Positions 1 to 7,550 are shown, counted from the first letter of the stretch. The stretch is 11,932 nucleotides of DNA from an uncultured Lachnospiraceae bacterium (GCA_949743325.1 CATJTQ010000124.1:1-11932); one strand, 5' to 3'. Numbers and translations are program-made. The notes: a model not told the origin generated them from the letters alone.

Positions 1-410
1 GTCGTAATAACCGGGTTAGCGCCTATTTTTTCTGCAATATATGATGTCCATTCATTGGCACCGCCAAGATGCCCTGACAGCAGAGAAATAACATTTTTTC
101 CTGTGTCATCAATAACAATGACCGCAGGATCTGTTTTCTTATCTGCAATATACGGAGCAATCTTTCTAACTGCAATACCGCACGCTCCGATAAAAATTAT
201 TAAATCACAGCATGCAAACTTCATGCCAACCCATTCAGATAGAGGAACTTTTAATCTTGGCAGAATATCTTCCGCCCTCTCATTGGTCGTAACCGCCTCT
301 ATTTCCAGACTGCCATTAAATTTTTCATCTGAATCATTTAATAAAAAGCTTAAAATTTTTTTTCCTAAAGACGCCCCCGCCACGGAAAATGATACTATGG
401 CTGTCTTCAT
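1..410 (-). CDS. cbiG: cobalt-precorrin 5A hydrolase CbiG, N-terminal part (gene continues beyond left edge)
   Basis: Minus-strand ATG at 410..408 with GGAG about 8 nt upstream. Translation MKTAIVSFSVAGASLGKKILSFLLNDSDEKFNGSLEIE...IFIGACGIAVRKIAPYIADKK resembles the CbiG N-terminal domain. No stop codon before position 1. The listed + ORF 55..414 is its antisense shadow. Confidence 0.75.
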   Translation of the reverse strand, partial: MKTAIVSFSVAGASLGKKILSFLLNDSDEKFNGSLEIEAVTTNERAEDILPRLKVPLSEWVGMKFACCDLIIFIGACGIAVRKIAPYIADKKTDPAVIVIDDTGKNVISLLSGHLGGANEWTSYIAEKIGANPVIT

Positions 411-433
411 ATAATTTTCTCCATAAAACCTGT

Positions 434-1192
434 TTATCTAACCGCTTCTCTATACTCCGTTGTAAATGATGGATCATACAGCTTAGACCTCTCATAAACT
501 GACGCTCCAACAACATTTCCTACTATTATCAATGCAGTTTTTGTAATATTATGTTCTTTGGCTGTCTGTGCCAAAGTTGCTACTGTACAAACATACTTTT
601 CCTCATCAGGCCATGTAGCCTTATAAACAATTGCTGCAGGCGTATCTTCATAATAGCCTCCATCAATCAATCGTTTACTTAATTGTTCCAACATACCAGT
701 ACTCAAAAAAATTACCATTGTCGCCTGATGTGATGCAAAGCTCTCTATGCTCTCTTTCTCAGGCACAGATGTTCTCCCTGCCATTCTCGTAATAATTACA
801 CTCTGAGAAATATCCGGCAGCGTATATTCCATCTGCAGAGCTGCCGCTGCTCCGCAAAATGCACTTACTCCAGGACAGTTTTCGTACTGTATTCCCTCTC
901 TATCAAGTATATCCATCTGTTCTTTTATTGCACCATATATACTTGGATCTCCTGTATGCAGACGCACAATATTTTTATTGTTACCATCGGCAGATTTAAT
1001 AACACTGATAACCTCCTCCAATGTCATTTTTGCACTGTCATAAATCTCACACTTATCGCGGCACACATTTAAAAGCTCAGGGTTTACAAGCGAACCGGCA
1101 TAGATAACCACATCAGCATCTCTTAATAAATTCTGTCCGCGAACTGTGATTAAATCTACGGCCCCGCTTCCAGCTCCAACAAATGAAACCAT
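434..1192 (-). CDS. cbiF: cobalt-precorrin-4 C11-methyltransferase (CbiF/CobM)
   Basis: 252 aa. VGAGSGAVDLITVRG ... LHTGDPSIYGA ... PGVSAF motifs of the tetrapyrrole (class III) SAM methyltransferase family. ATG at 1192..1190 overlaps the upstream stop (TAATG), consistent with translational coupling. Confidence 0.9.
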   Translation of the reverse strand: MVSFVGAGSGAVDLITVRGQNLLRDADVVIYAGSLVNPELLNVCRDKCEIYDSAKMTLEEVISVIKSADGNNKNIVRLHTGDPSIYGAIKEQMDILDREGIQYENCPGVSAFCGAAAALQMEYTLPDISQSVIITRMAGRTSVPEKESIESFASHQATMVIFLSTGMLEQLSKRLIDGGYYEDTPAAIVYKATWPDEEKYVCTVATLAQTAKEHNITKTALIIVGNVVGASVYERSKLYDPSFTTEYREAVR

Positions 1193-1791
1193 TATCTGTT
1201 CATCCTTTCCAGCATATTTCCATTAAAATGGCATCTGTAACCCTCGCCATTTTTGCATTTATAGTCATAGTAAGCTTTTTTCTCACTGTCATACTCACTA
1301 AAAACAGCCATAATCGTACCGCCGTGTACAATATATGCAGTATGATTATATTTTTGCTCATAACATATTTTTACAGTTTCATCAAAAGCCGCTATTACTC
1401 TGCTCTTAAAATTATCCAACCCCTCGCCAGCAGGCATATCATAACTGCCGTTACTGTCGAGCCAATCCCGATACATTTTATTCTTCATTAAATCATCATG
1501 ATTTTTCCCTTCAAAATCACCAAAGTCATATTCACGGAAACCGTCAACTACTATAAAACCTCTCTTATCAATGTCTAACCCCAACTGCTCAAATATTAAC
1601 TCAGCTGTTTGAATACAGCGCCTCATCGGACTTACAAAAATCACATCTGTATCGTTTAAATATGAATAAGTTTCAATTCTATTTTTTATATCTCTTATTC
1701 CTTCATCTGATAACGGCTCATCAGATCTTCCAACATATCTGTGCTCTATATTTCCAAGAGTCTTGCCATGTCTAATAAAAGTCATCCGCAT
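1192..1791 (-). CDS. cobC: histidine-phosphatase (phosphoglycerate-mutase) superfamily protein, probable alpha-ribazole-5'-phosphate phosphatase
   Basis: 199 aa. N-terminal RHG catalytic motif (MRMTFIRHGKT). Size and position between cbiD and cbiF fit CobC. AAGGTGA RBS 7 nt upstream of ATG at 1791. Confidence 0.6.
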   Translation of the reverse strand: MRMTFIRHGKTLGNIEHRYVGRSDEPLSDEGIRDIKNRIETYSYLNDTDVIFVSPMRRCIQTAELIFEQLGLDIDKRGFIVVDGFREYDFGDFEGKNHDDLMKNKMYRDWLDSNGSYDMPAGEGLDNFKSRVIAAFDETVKICYEQKYNHTAYIVHGGTIMAVFSEYDSEKKAYYDYKCKNGEGYRCHFNGNMLERMNR

Positions 1792-1798
1792 ATTTTTA

Positions 1799-2923
1799 TC
1801 ACCTTATAAATTCTTTTAACAGTTCCATTGCTGAGTTCGTTGTTCCTAATACCCCATATATATTAGAAAACATTATTACTTCAACAGTCATCCCTTCATA
1901 AGCTCTTCTATTTAAATTAACATATATTTTCTGCATTATATATGACATAACGCTTTCTATAAGATCATTTCTCTTTAATATTTCTACTGCCTCGTCAGCA
2001 GTAACACACTGTAATATTTTTCTGCAAATATATATATCCGCTCCCGCCATAACAGCCGCCGAACATAAGACTTCCATCCTTGCATCAGCCCATTTAGAAT
2101 GAGTATTCATAATACCGGCTGCAATTTTTACAAGTTTACCGATATGTCCAATAAGCAGTATCCTTTCTATCTGAAATTCATATGCCATATCAATAGTCTC
2201 ACCTATGAAATTGCTGCACTTTATACCCGAATCTAAATCTAAACCCAAATAATCTCTGGCAAAATCTCTTCCATAATTGCCTGGTGTCACCAACAGATTT
2301 TTTGTACCGCCAAAAGCTCTAAGCTTCATTTCTGCATATATTGTCGCTACTAATGCCTGCTCACTCATAGGTTCCACAATACCGCTTGTACCAAGTATTG
2401 ATATACCACCCTCTATTCCAAGTCTTGGATTAAAAGTATTTTCTGCAATACTAACTCCCATTGGAACGTATATCTCAATTGACATACCACCGCTGTAGCT
2501 GCATGTCTCAAAAACATCCAACACAGCTTCCTCAATCATCCTTCTCGGCACACTGTTTATAGCCGCGGCTCCGACAGGCTGATCCAATCCGGGCTTAGTA
2601 ATACGCCCAACTCCAAATCCACCGTCAATATTGATTCCACTGTCGCAATAACCAACCTTAGCAAACACTAATACACCGTCTGTACAGTCTGCATCATCCC
2701 CGGCATCTTTTCTGACGGCACAGCAAACCTCAGTTTCTGAAATATTTATCTCTTCTATCTTCAAATTTAGAATTAAACCTTTTGGAGTTTTTAATGAAAT
2801 TACGTCTACTCTTCTTTTAGTCAGAAGCATTATTGCGGCAGCTTTAGACGCTGCAGCCGCACAGCTTCCGGTAGTATAACCGCACCTTAATTTTCTGTTT
2901 TCTTTATAAACATAATTTTCCAT
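1799..2923 (-). CDS. cbiD: cobalt-precorrin-5B C1-methyltransferase CbiD
   Basis: 374 aa. Hallmark N-terminal LRCGYTTGSCAAAASKAA and GVGRITKPGL segments of the CbiD family. Confidence 0.9.
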   Translation of the reverse strand: MENYVYKENRKLRCGYTTGSCAAAASKAAAIMLLTKRRVDVISLKTPKGLILNLKIEEINISETEVCCAVRKDAGDDADCTDGVLVFAKVGYCDSGINIDGGFGVGRITKPGLDQPVGAAAINSVPRRMIEEAVLDVFETCSYSGGMSIEIYVPMGVSIAENTFNPRLGIEGGISILGTSGIVEPMSEQALVATIYAEMKLRAFGGTKNLLVTPGNYGRDFARDYLGLDLDSGIKCSNFIGETIDMAYEFQIERILLIGHIGKLVKIAAGIMNTHSKWADARMEVLCSAAVMAGADIYICRKILQCVTADEAVEILKRNDLIESVMSYIMQKIYVNLNRRAYEGMTVEVIMFSNIYGVLGTTNSAMELLKEFIR

Positions 2924-2934
2924 ATGTGAAAATT

Positions 2935-4215
2935 CTAACCTTCACATTTAGCAAGCGCCTGATCAATATCTGCAATCAGATCCTCTTTATCCTCAATACC
3001 GCAGCTCATACGAATTAACTCTGCCGGAACTCCAGCCTCTTCAAGCTGTTTATCGGTCATCTGTCTGTGTGTACTTGTAGCAGGGTTAAGACAACATGTT
3101 CTTGCATCTGCAACATGAGTCTCAATCGCTGCAATTTTTAAATTCTTCATAAATATTTCTGCTGCATCCCTGCCGCCTTTTAGTCCAAACGACACGACAC
3201 CGCATCCCCCATCAGGGAAATATTTCTGCGCTAAATTATAATACTTATTCCCTGGAAGACTCGCATAATTTACATAAGAAACCTTAGGGTGCTTAGAAAG
3301 ATAATCAGCTACAGCTAACCCATTTTCACAATGTCTCTTCATCCTTACATGCAGACTTTCCAGTCCTAGATTTAACAAAAACGCATTTTGAGGGCTTTGA
3401 ACAGAACCCAAATCGCGCATAAGCTGGGCTGTACATTTTGTAATAAATGCCTTTTCATTGCCAAAATCCTTTACATAAGTAACACCATGATAACTCTCAT
3501 CTGGAGAACACAGTCCTGGATATTTATCTGCATACGCCATCCAGTCAAAATTACCGCTGTCAACAATCGCTCCGCCGACTCCGGCGCCGTGTCCATCCAT
3601 ATATTTTGTAGTTGAATGAGTTACAATATCAGCCCCCCACTCAATCGGACGGCAGTTTACCGGAGTTGCAAAAGTATTATCTATAATAAACACAACGCCA
3701 TGATCATGTGCCAGTTTAGCAAACTTCTCAATATCAAGCACCGTAAGGGCCGGATTCGCAATCGTCTCTCCAAATACCGCCTTTGTATTAGGTTTAAACG
3801 CTTTATTTAATTCCTCAACAGAAGCATCTGCATCAACAAATGTCACATCAATACCCATTCTCTTCATAGTCACTGATAACAAATTAAAAGTTCCGCCATA
3901 AATACTGCTTGAAGCAACAATATGGTCTCCTGCTCCGCAAATATTAAAAAGAGCGAAGAAATTTGCAGCCTGTCCGCTGCTTGTAAGCATTGCGGCAGTG
4001 CCGCCTTCCAATTGAGCTATTTTAGCCGCAACAAAGTCATTTGTCGGATTTTGAAGTCTTGTATAGAAATATCCTTCTGCCTCTAAATCAAACAGCTTTC
4101 CCATATCCTCGCTTGTATCATATTTAAATGTAGTACTCTGAATAATAGGAATCTGCCTTGGTTCACCATTTCCCGGCGTATAACCGCCCTGTACACAAAT
4201 TGTATTCGTTTTCAT
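2935..4215 (-). CDS. metY: O-acetylhomoserine sulfhydrylase (PLP-dependent Cys/Met metabolism enzyme family)
   Basis: 426 aa. Typical OAH-sulfhydrylase length. Motifs YTRLQNPT and THSTTKYMDGHG (PLP-binding lysine). GGAGG RBS 8 nt upstream of ATG 4215. Stop is only 11 nt before the cbiD start. Confidence 0.85.
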   Translation of the reverse strand: MKTNTICVQGGYTPGNGEPRQIPIIQSTTFKYDTSEDMGKLFDLEAEGYFYTRLQNPTNDFVAAKIAQLEGGTAAMLTSSGQAANFFALFNICGAGDHIVASSSIYGGTFNLLSVTMKRMGIDVTFVDADASVEELNKAFKPNTKAVFGETIANPALTVLDIEKFAKLAHDHGVVFIIDNTFATPVNCRPIEWGADIVTHSTTKYMDGHGAGVGGAIVDSGNFDWMAYADKYPGLCSPDESYHGVTYVKDFGNEKAFITKCTAQLMRDLGSVQSPQNAFLLNLGLESLHVRMKRHCENGLAVADYLSKHPKVSYVNYASLPGNKYYNLAQKYFPDGGCGVVSFGLKGGRDAAEIFMKNLKIAAIETHVADARTCCLNPATSTHRQMTDKQLEEAGVPAELIRMSCGIEDKEDLIADIDQALAKCEG

Positions 4216-4252
4216 CTTTTCTAACCTCCAAATAACTTATTTAATTATTTTA

Positions 4253-4281
4253 ATTATATTCGCAAAAAAAGCGTTAGTCAA
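4253..4281 (-). promoter_or_regulatory. sigma-A type promoter for the metY(-cbi) transcript
   Basis: Minus strand reads TTGACT (4281..4276) - 17 nt - TATAAT (4258..4253). Predicted TSS is about 30 nt upstream of the metY ATG. Confidence 0.5.
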
Positions 4282-4563
4282 GAGCATGAAATATATTAGT
4301 CAATACATTAGAATCCGCCTTCTTTATTCAAATAAACTTCAGCAAGCATAACCTTAAACTCTGATAAAAATTTAGGCTTTGACATAAAAATCCCCCTTAA
4401 ATAGAATTTGGTTATTTACCTTATCTATTCAAGGGGTATCATATCATTGTTTACTATACGCTCTTACGCTGTACAGCTATATCTTATTTACTGTGATATG
4501 TATATCTAATAGCATAGCATATCCTAATCGCACTGTTATTTTTATATGTTTTTGCAAATAAAA

Positions 4564-4950
4564 TTACTCCAGATAATATAAGAAAACCCTGCAGACGCCA
4601 TCAGCGGCCGGATAGCATACTACAAGTCTTTCCGGAATTCCTTTATTCCTATATTTTGCCGGAAAATACTTAATCGTTCTTTGCAGGCCTGAAAAACTTA
4701 TATATATTTTCTGTTTTTCATCATATGCAATCCCCGTTACTTTTTCAATATAAACTGCATCTTCTTCCTTAACTACCTCATACTCTTCTGCGTCGCCTTC
4801 CGCATACATCTCCCATTGTTTTTCTATTGGACGATATCCATCAGCTTCCAAACCCGTTACAAGTTCACTTATTTTCTCCTCGTTAATATCTATTAACGCA
4901 GTATAAACGCCTGAATATTCTAAATGTTCTAATGTGTTTTTAGCACTCAC
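4564..4950 (-). CDS. hypothetical acidic protein (128 aa), no recognisable domain
   Basis: ORF with apparent GTG start at 4950 immediately after an in-frame stop. RBS-like AAGGA is 15 nt upstream (poor spacing). Coding status uncertain. Confidence 0.4.
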   Translation of the reverse strand: MSAKNTLEHLEYSGVYTALIDINEEKISELVTGLEADGYRPIEKQWEMYAEGDAEEYEVVKEEDAVYIEKVTGIAYDEKQKIYISFSGLQRTIKYFPAKYRNKGIPERLVVCYPAADGVCRVFLYYLE

Positions 4951-5264
4951 TCATATTCATAGCTGTCCTTACTGATTCTAAATATCTTCTATATCAGTTC
5001 TTCATCCCTTATTTTCTGAAAATTAAAGATAGCCATACACAAATCAAAAGAAACAATTATTACTATTATATATAAGATAATTTTTTCTTCTAAAAACTCC
5101 ACTCAAAAATAAGAGCCTATATTGCAGGAGACAAATAAACAGTAAAAATTGCTGCAGAATGTAACATTGCTACAAGCACCTTGTCTGAATTGAAAAAAAA
5201 TTTGGTGAGTAATGCCAGTACAATTTTTATATCTTCTAACTTTTGTCATCTTGTTGTTACCAGA

Positions 5265-5310
5265 CAAGAGTTTATTTAACATTCGTTAGATGAACTCTTG
5301 CTCTTTTTCC
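5265..5310 (+). terminator. orphan intrinsic-terminator-like hairpin
   Basis: Perfect 8-bp stem CAAGAGTT (5265-5272) / AACTCTTG (5293-5300) with 20-nt loop. Followed on the + strand by CTCTTTTTCC. No + strand gene upstream. Confidence 0.3.
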
Positions 5311-5334
5311 TCTCCTCGAAAATTGCAATTTCGT

Positions 5335-5367
5335 ATAAGAAAAAAGCATTGATTTATATCAATGCTT
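5335..5367 (-). terminator. rho-independent terminator ending the tRNA operon
   Basis: Perfect 10-bp stem AAGCATTGAT (5344-5353) / ATCAATGCTT (5358-5367) with 4-nt loop. On the minus strand the hairpin is followed by TTTTTTCTT (A-run 5335-5343 on +). It starts 16 nt past the tRNA-Leu 3' end. Confidence 0.7.
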
Positions 5368-5382
5368 CTCTCTCATTAAAAA

Positions 5383-5469
5383 TGCCGCAGACCGGAATCG
5401 AACCGGTACGGGAGTATAAGTCCCGCAGGATTTTAAGTCCTGTGCGTCTGCCAGTTCCGCCACTGCGGC
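5383..5469 (-). tRNA. tRNA-Leu (anticodon TAA), 87 nt, long variable arm, CCA not encoded
   Basis: Reverse complement GCCGCAGTGGCGGAACTGGCAGACGCACAGGACTTAAAATCCTGCGGGACTTATACTCCCGTACCGGTTCGATTCCGGTCTGCGGCA folds as a cloverleaf. 7-bp acceptor stem, anticodon loop CTTAAAA, variable arm CGGGA..TCCCG, T-loop TTCGATT. Confidence 0.9.
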
Positions 5470-5487
5470 ATAAGTCTTTCGACCTAA

Positions 5488-5560
5488 TGGGACCTACAGG
5501 GCTCGAACCTGTGACCCTCTGCTTGTAAGGCAGATGCTCTCCCAGCTGAGCTAAGATCCC
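5488..5560 (-). tRNA. tRNA-Val (anticodon TAC), 73 nt, CCA not encoded
   Basis: Reverse complement GGGATCTTAGCTCAGCTGGGAGAGCATCTGCCTTACAAGCAGAGGGTCACAGGTTCGAGCCCTGTAGGTCCCA. Anticodon loop CTTACAA. Canonical D and T arms. Confidence 0.9.
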
Positions 5561-5581
5561 ACGACAACTATTCAGTTGTAA

Positions 5582-5655
5582 CGACCCGGATGGGGTTCGA
5601 ACCCACGACCTCCGCCGTGACAGGGCGGCGCTCTAACCAGCTGAGCCACCAGGCC
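5582..5655 (-). tRNA. tRNA-Asp (anticodon GTC), 74 nt, CCA not encoded
   Basis: Reverse complement GGCCTGGTGGCTCAGCTGGTTAGAGCGCCGCCCTGTCACGGCGGAGGTCGTGGGTTCGAACCCCATCCGGGTCG. Anticodon loop CTGTCAC. Acceptor stem pairs with two G-U wobbles. Confidence 0.88.
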
Positions 5656-5692
5656 AAAATATAGATATTAGATAATTTGATTTTTAAAACAA

Positions 5693-5766
5693 TGGACCTT
5701 CGGGGACTCGAACCCAGGACCGACCGGTTATGAGCCGGTTGCTCTAACCAACTGAGCTAAAGGTCC
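5693..5766 (-). tRNA. tRNA with CAT anticodon, 74 nt: elongator tRNA-Met or lysidine-type tRNA-Ile2 (not initiator)
   Basis: Reverse complement GGACCTTTAGCTCAGTTGGTTAGAGCAACCGGCTCATAACCGGTCGGTCCTGGGTTCGAGTCCCCGAAGGTCCA. Anticodon loop CTCATAA. No G29-G31/C39-C41 run and a paired 1:72, so not tRNA-fMet. Sequence resembles Firmicutes tRNA-Ile(CAU) as much as tRNA-Met. Confidence 0.85.
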
Positions 5767-5791
5767 AAATCTCTAAAAATTATTAGACAGA

Positions 5792-5864
5792 AGCCGATGA
5801 TCGGACTCGAACCGATAACCTGCTGATTACAAATCAGCTGCTCTGCCAATTGAGCCACATCGGC
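5792..5864 (-). tRNA. tRNA-Thr (anticodon TGT), 73 nt, CCA not encoded
   Basis: Reverse complement GCCGATGTGGCTCAATTGGCAGAGCAGCTGATTTGTAATCAGCAGGTTATCGGTTCGAGTCCGATCATCGGCT. Anticodon loop TTTGTAA. Confidence 0.9.
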
Positions 5865-5872
5865 AAACAATA

Positions 5873-5944
5873 TGACTCCAAGGGGATTTGAACCCCTGTT
5901 ACCGCCGTGAAAGGGCGGTGTCTTAACCGCTTGACCATGGAGCC
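5873..5944 (-). tRNA. tRNA-Glu (anticodon TTC), 72 nt, CCA not encoded
   Basis: Reverse complement GGCTCCATGGTCAAGCGGTTAAGACACCGCCCTTTCACGGCGGTAACAGGGGTTCAAATCCCCTTGGAGTCA. 3-bp D stem typical of tRNA-Glu. Anticodon loop CTTTCAC. Confidence 0.9.
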
Positions 5945-6002
5945 TTGCTTTTACAGGAATTAAATTCCTTGCTAATAATTAGTCGTTTCAACGACGATAT
6001 TT

Positions 6003-6031
6003 ATACTATCATATAAATTGAGTTAATGCAA
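6003..6031 (-). promoter_or_regulatory. candidate promoter of the tRNA operon
   Basis: Minus strand TTGCAT (6031..6026) - 17 nt - TAGTAT (6008..6003), about 50 nt upstream of the tRNA-Glu 5' end. Confidence 0.3.
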
Positions 6032-6089
6032 GTACTTTTTTCAAAAAATGTAAAAAAATTTCAAATATTTTAATTCATCTGTACTGTCC

Positions 6090-7184
6090 TCATCCAATCA
6101 TCTTGCTCAACTGTTCCATAATACCTATATTTCCATTAACAGAAATCTCTCCAACACGCTCACATATTCTCTCTAAATACTCAAGCTCTTTTAATTTATA
6201 TAAAGTTTTGTTCTCATCCATAAGCTTTGCGGTATTTAACAGTGAACGGGTAGACGCCACCTCTTCTCTTCTTGAAATAACGTTTGCCTGTGCAGTCTTC
6301 TCCGCAACCAACACAGAATTCATAATATTTTTTATCTCGCCAGGTAAAATAATATCTTTAATACCTGCCGTCAAAAAATTCACGCAAAACATTTCCTCCT
6401 TCTCCTTAATTAACTTATATATTTCTTTTGAAATCTGCTCCTTTAACTCCAATATTTCATCCAATTTATAATTGCTTGTAATTTCTCTTATTGACAACTG
6501 TACTGCTGAGTATAGCTGTCCCTTTAAATCATTTAATTTCTCGCCGAAATCTTTGGCGTCTCTAATCTTAAATATACAAACAACATTCATCCTAATACCG
6601 ATCTTATCTTTTGTTAAAATTTCCTGTCCTACAATATCAAGCTCTCTCTGTTTCATATCGACAACCTTATATGTAATGCTGTGATAGTAATTCCAAAATC
6701 TGTACAAACCTTTCGGCAGTTGTTCCTGCAATATATTATCATAATATAAAAGCCCCGTCTCTCCATCTCCGACAGATACTTCGGTATAATATTTACCAGG
6801 TACTAACGAGAGCATTTGTTTTGATACATCCGAACCAATAATTGTGTCAGCCATAGACACCACTTTTATTTCATAATTTTCAAAAACATTCCAAAAAATA
6901 TATTCCTTTCTGTTAGCAAATGAAGTTAACTTTCCATTTACATAAATGAAACCAACTGAACCATCTGGTATTTCCATATGTACTGTAGAGTCAAAAAACA
7001 CAGAATCTTTACAAAGAATCTGATAAGGTACATCTATGTAATCTACCTCTCCAGACATTTCCTCAATCTCAACCTTATATCCTGTCACTTTAGAAAAATG
7101 ATAAGTTCCAGCAGTAATCATTTTCTTAAAAATACCATTTTTTAATACAAAACCTGCCTGATTATCTTTAATAATATATTTCAT
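6090..7184 (-). CDS. SPFH/band-7 (stomatin/prohibitin/flotillin/HflKC) domain protein lacking a transmembrane segment
   Basis: 364 aa from the second ATG (7184). GGAGG lies 7 nt upstream of it but only 1 nt before the first ATG at 7190. The C-terminal half (LPKGLYRFW...ILTKDKIGIRMNVVCIFKIRDAKDF...LTAGIKDIILPGEIKNIMNSVLVAEKTAQANVISRREEVAS...) matches the SPFH core plus its following helical region. N-terminal residues 1-150 (QAGFVLKNGIFKKMITAGTYHF...VPYQILCKDSVFFDSTVHMEIPD) look like a second, partial SPFH-like repeat. No hydrophobic TM helix. Confidence 0.7.
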   Translation of the reverse strand: MKYIIKDNQAGFVLKNGIFKKMITAGTYHFSKVTGYKVEIEEMSGEVDYIDVPYQILCKDSVFFDSTVHMEIPDGSVGFIYVNGKLTSFANRKEYIFWNVFENYEIKVVSMADTIIGSDVSKQMLSLVPGKYYTEVSVGDGETGLLYYDNILQEQLPKGLYRFWNYYHSITYKVVDMKQRELDIVGQEILTKDKIGIRMNVVCIFKIRDAKDFGEKLNDLKGQLYSAVQLSIREITSNYKLDEILELKEQISKEIYKLIKEKEEMFCVNFLTAGIKDIILPGEIKNIMNSVLVAEKTAQANVISRREEVASTRSLLNTAKLMDENKTLYKLKELEYLERICERVGEISVNGNIGIMEQLSKMIG

Positions 7185-7550
7185 ATACATACCTCCTACA
7201 TAAAATCTCTTCTATATATTAATTATTTACTTAATAATAAAAAATACTTTTATCCCGCATTCATCAGTTAAATGCGGAAAGTTAGTTAAGCATATGGTCC
7301 AACAGAAGAACAATTATAATTTCCTCATTATGAACAATTATTTTGATTAGAAAATAATGTCTGATAATATAGTTTTTATAAATGTTGTTCAGTCTTTCTA
7401 TATACGGTATCCTTAAATTTCAAGCATATAACTGATTGACAATAGACTTGGATAAAATTTACGATATTACAAATTATATCAATGACCTTTTTTAAGCTTG
7501 ACTTGCAGTAAACCGAAAATAAAATGCACACTATGTCTGAACTTGGGATA

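Noticed and set aside
55-414. 119-aa + strand ORF
   Set aside because: Antisense shadow of the cbiG coding region on the minus strand. The minus frame gives a recognisable CbiG N-terminus; the + frame has no RBS or homology signal.
1183-3810. + strand ORFs 1183..1491, 2277..2498, 3388..3615, 3616..3810
   Set aside because: All lie antisense inside well-supported minus-strand genes (cobC, cbiD, metY). Their low-complexity translations are typical of shadow ORFs.
4216-4560. Possible SAM (S-box), T-box or cobalamin riboswitch upstream of metY
   Set aside because: Visual inspection of the minus strand did not reveal the conserved S-box, T-box or B12-box cores. The promoter is only about 30 nt from the start codon. 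Should still be confirmed with covariance models.
5298-5528. 76-aa + strand ORF
   Set aside because: Overlaps the reverse complements of tRNA-Leu and tRNA-Val. It is an artefact of the stop-free tRNA sequence.
5693-5766. Initiator tRNA-fMet call for the CAT tRNA
   Set aside because: Lacks the three consecutive G-C pairs at the base of the anticodon stem. It has a normal 1:72 pair. Therefore elongator Met or Ile2.
6103-6684. + strand ORFs 6103..6471 and 6472..6684
   Set aside because: Antisense to the SPFH gene. Serine/phenylalanine-rich nonsense translations.
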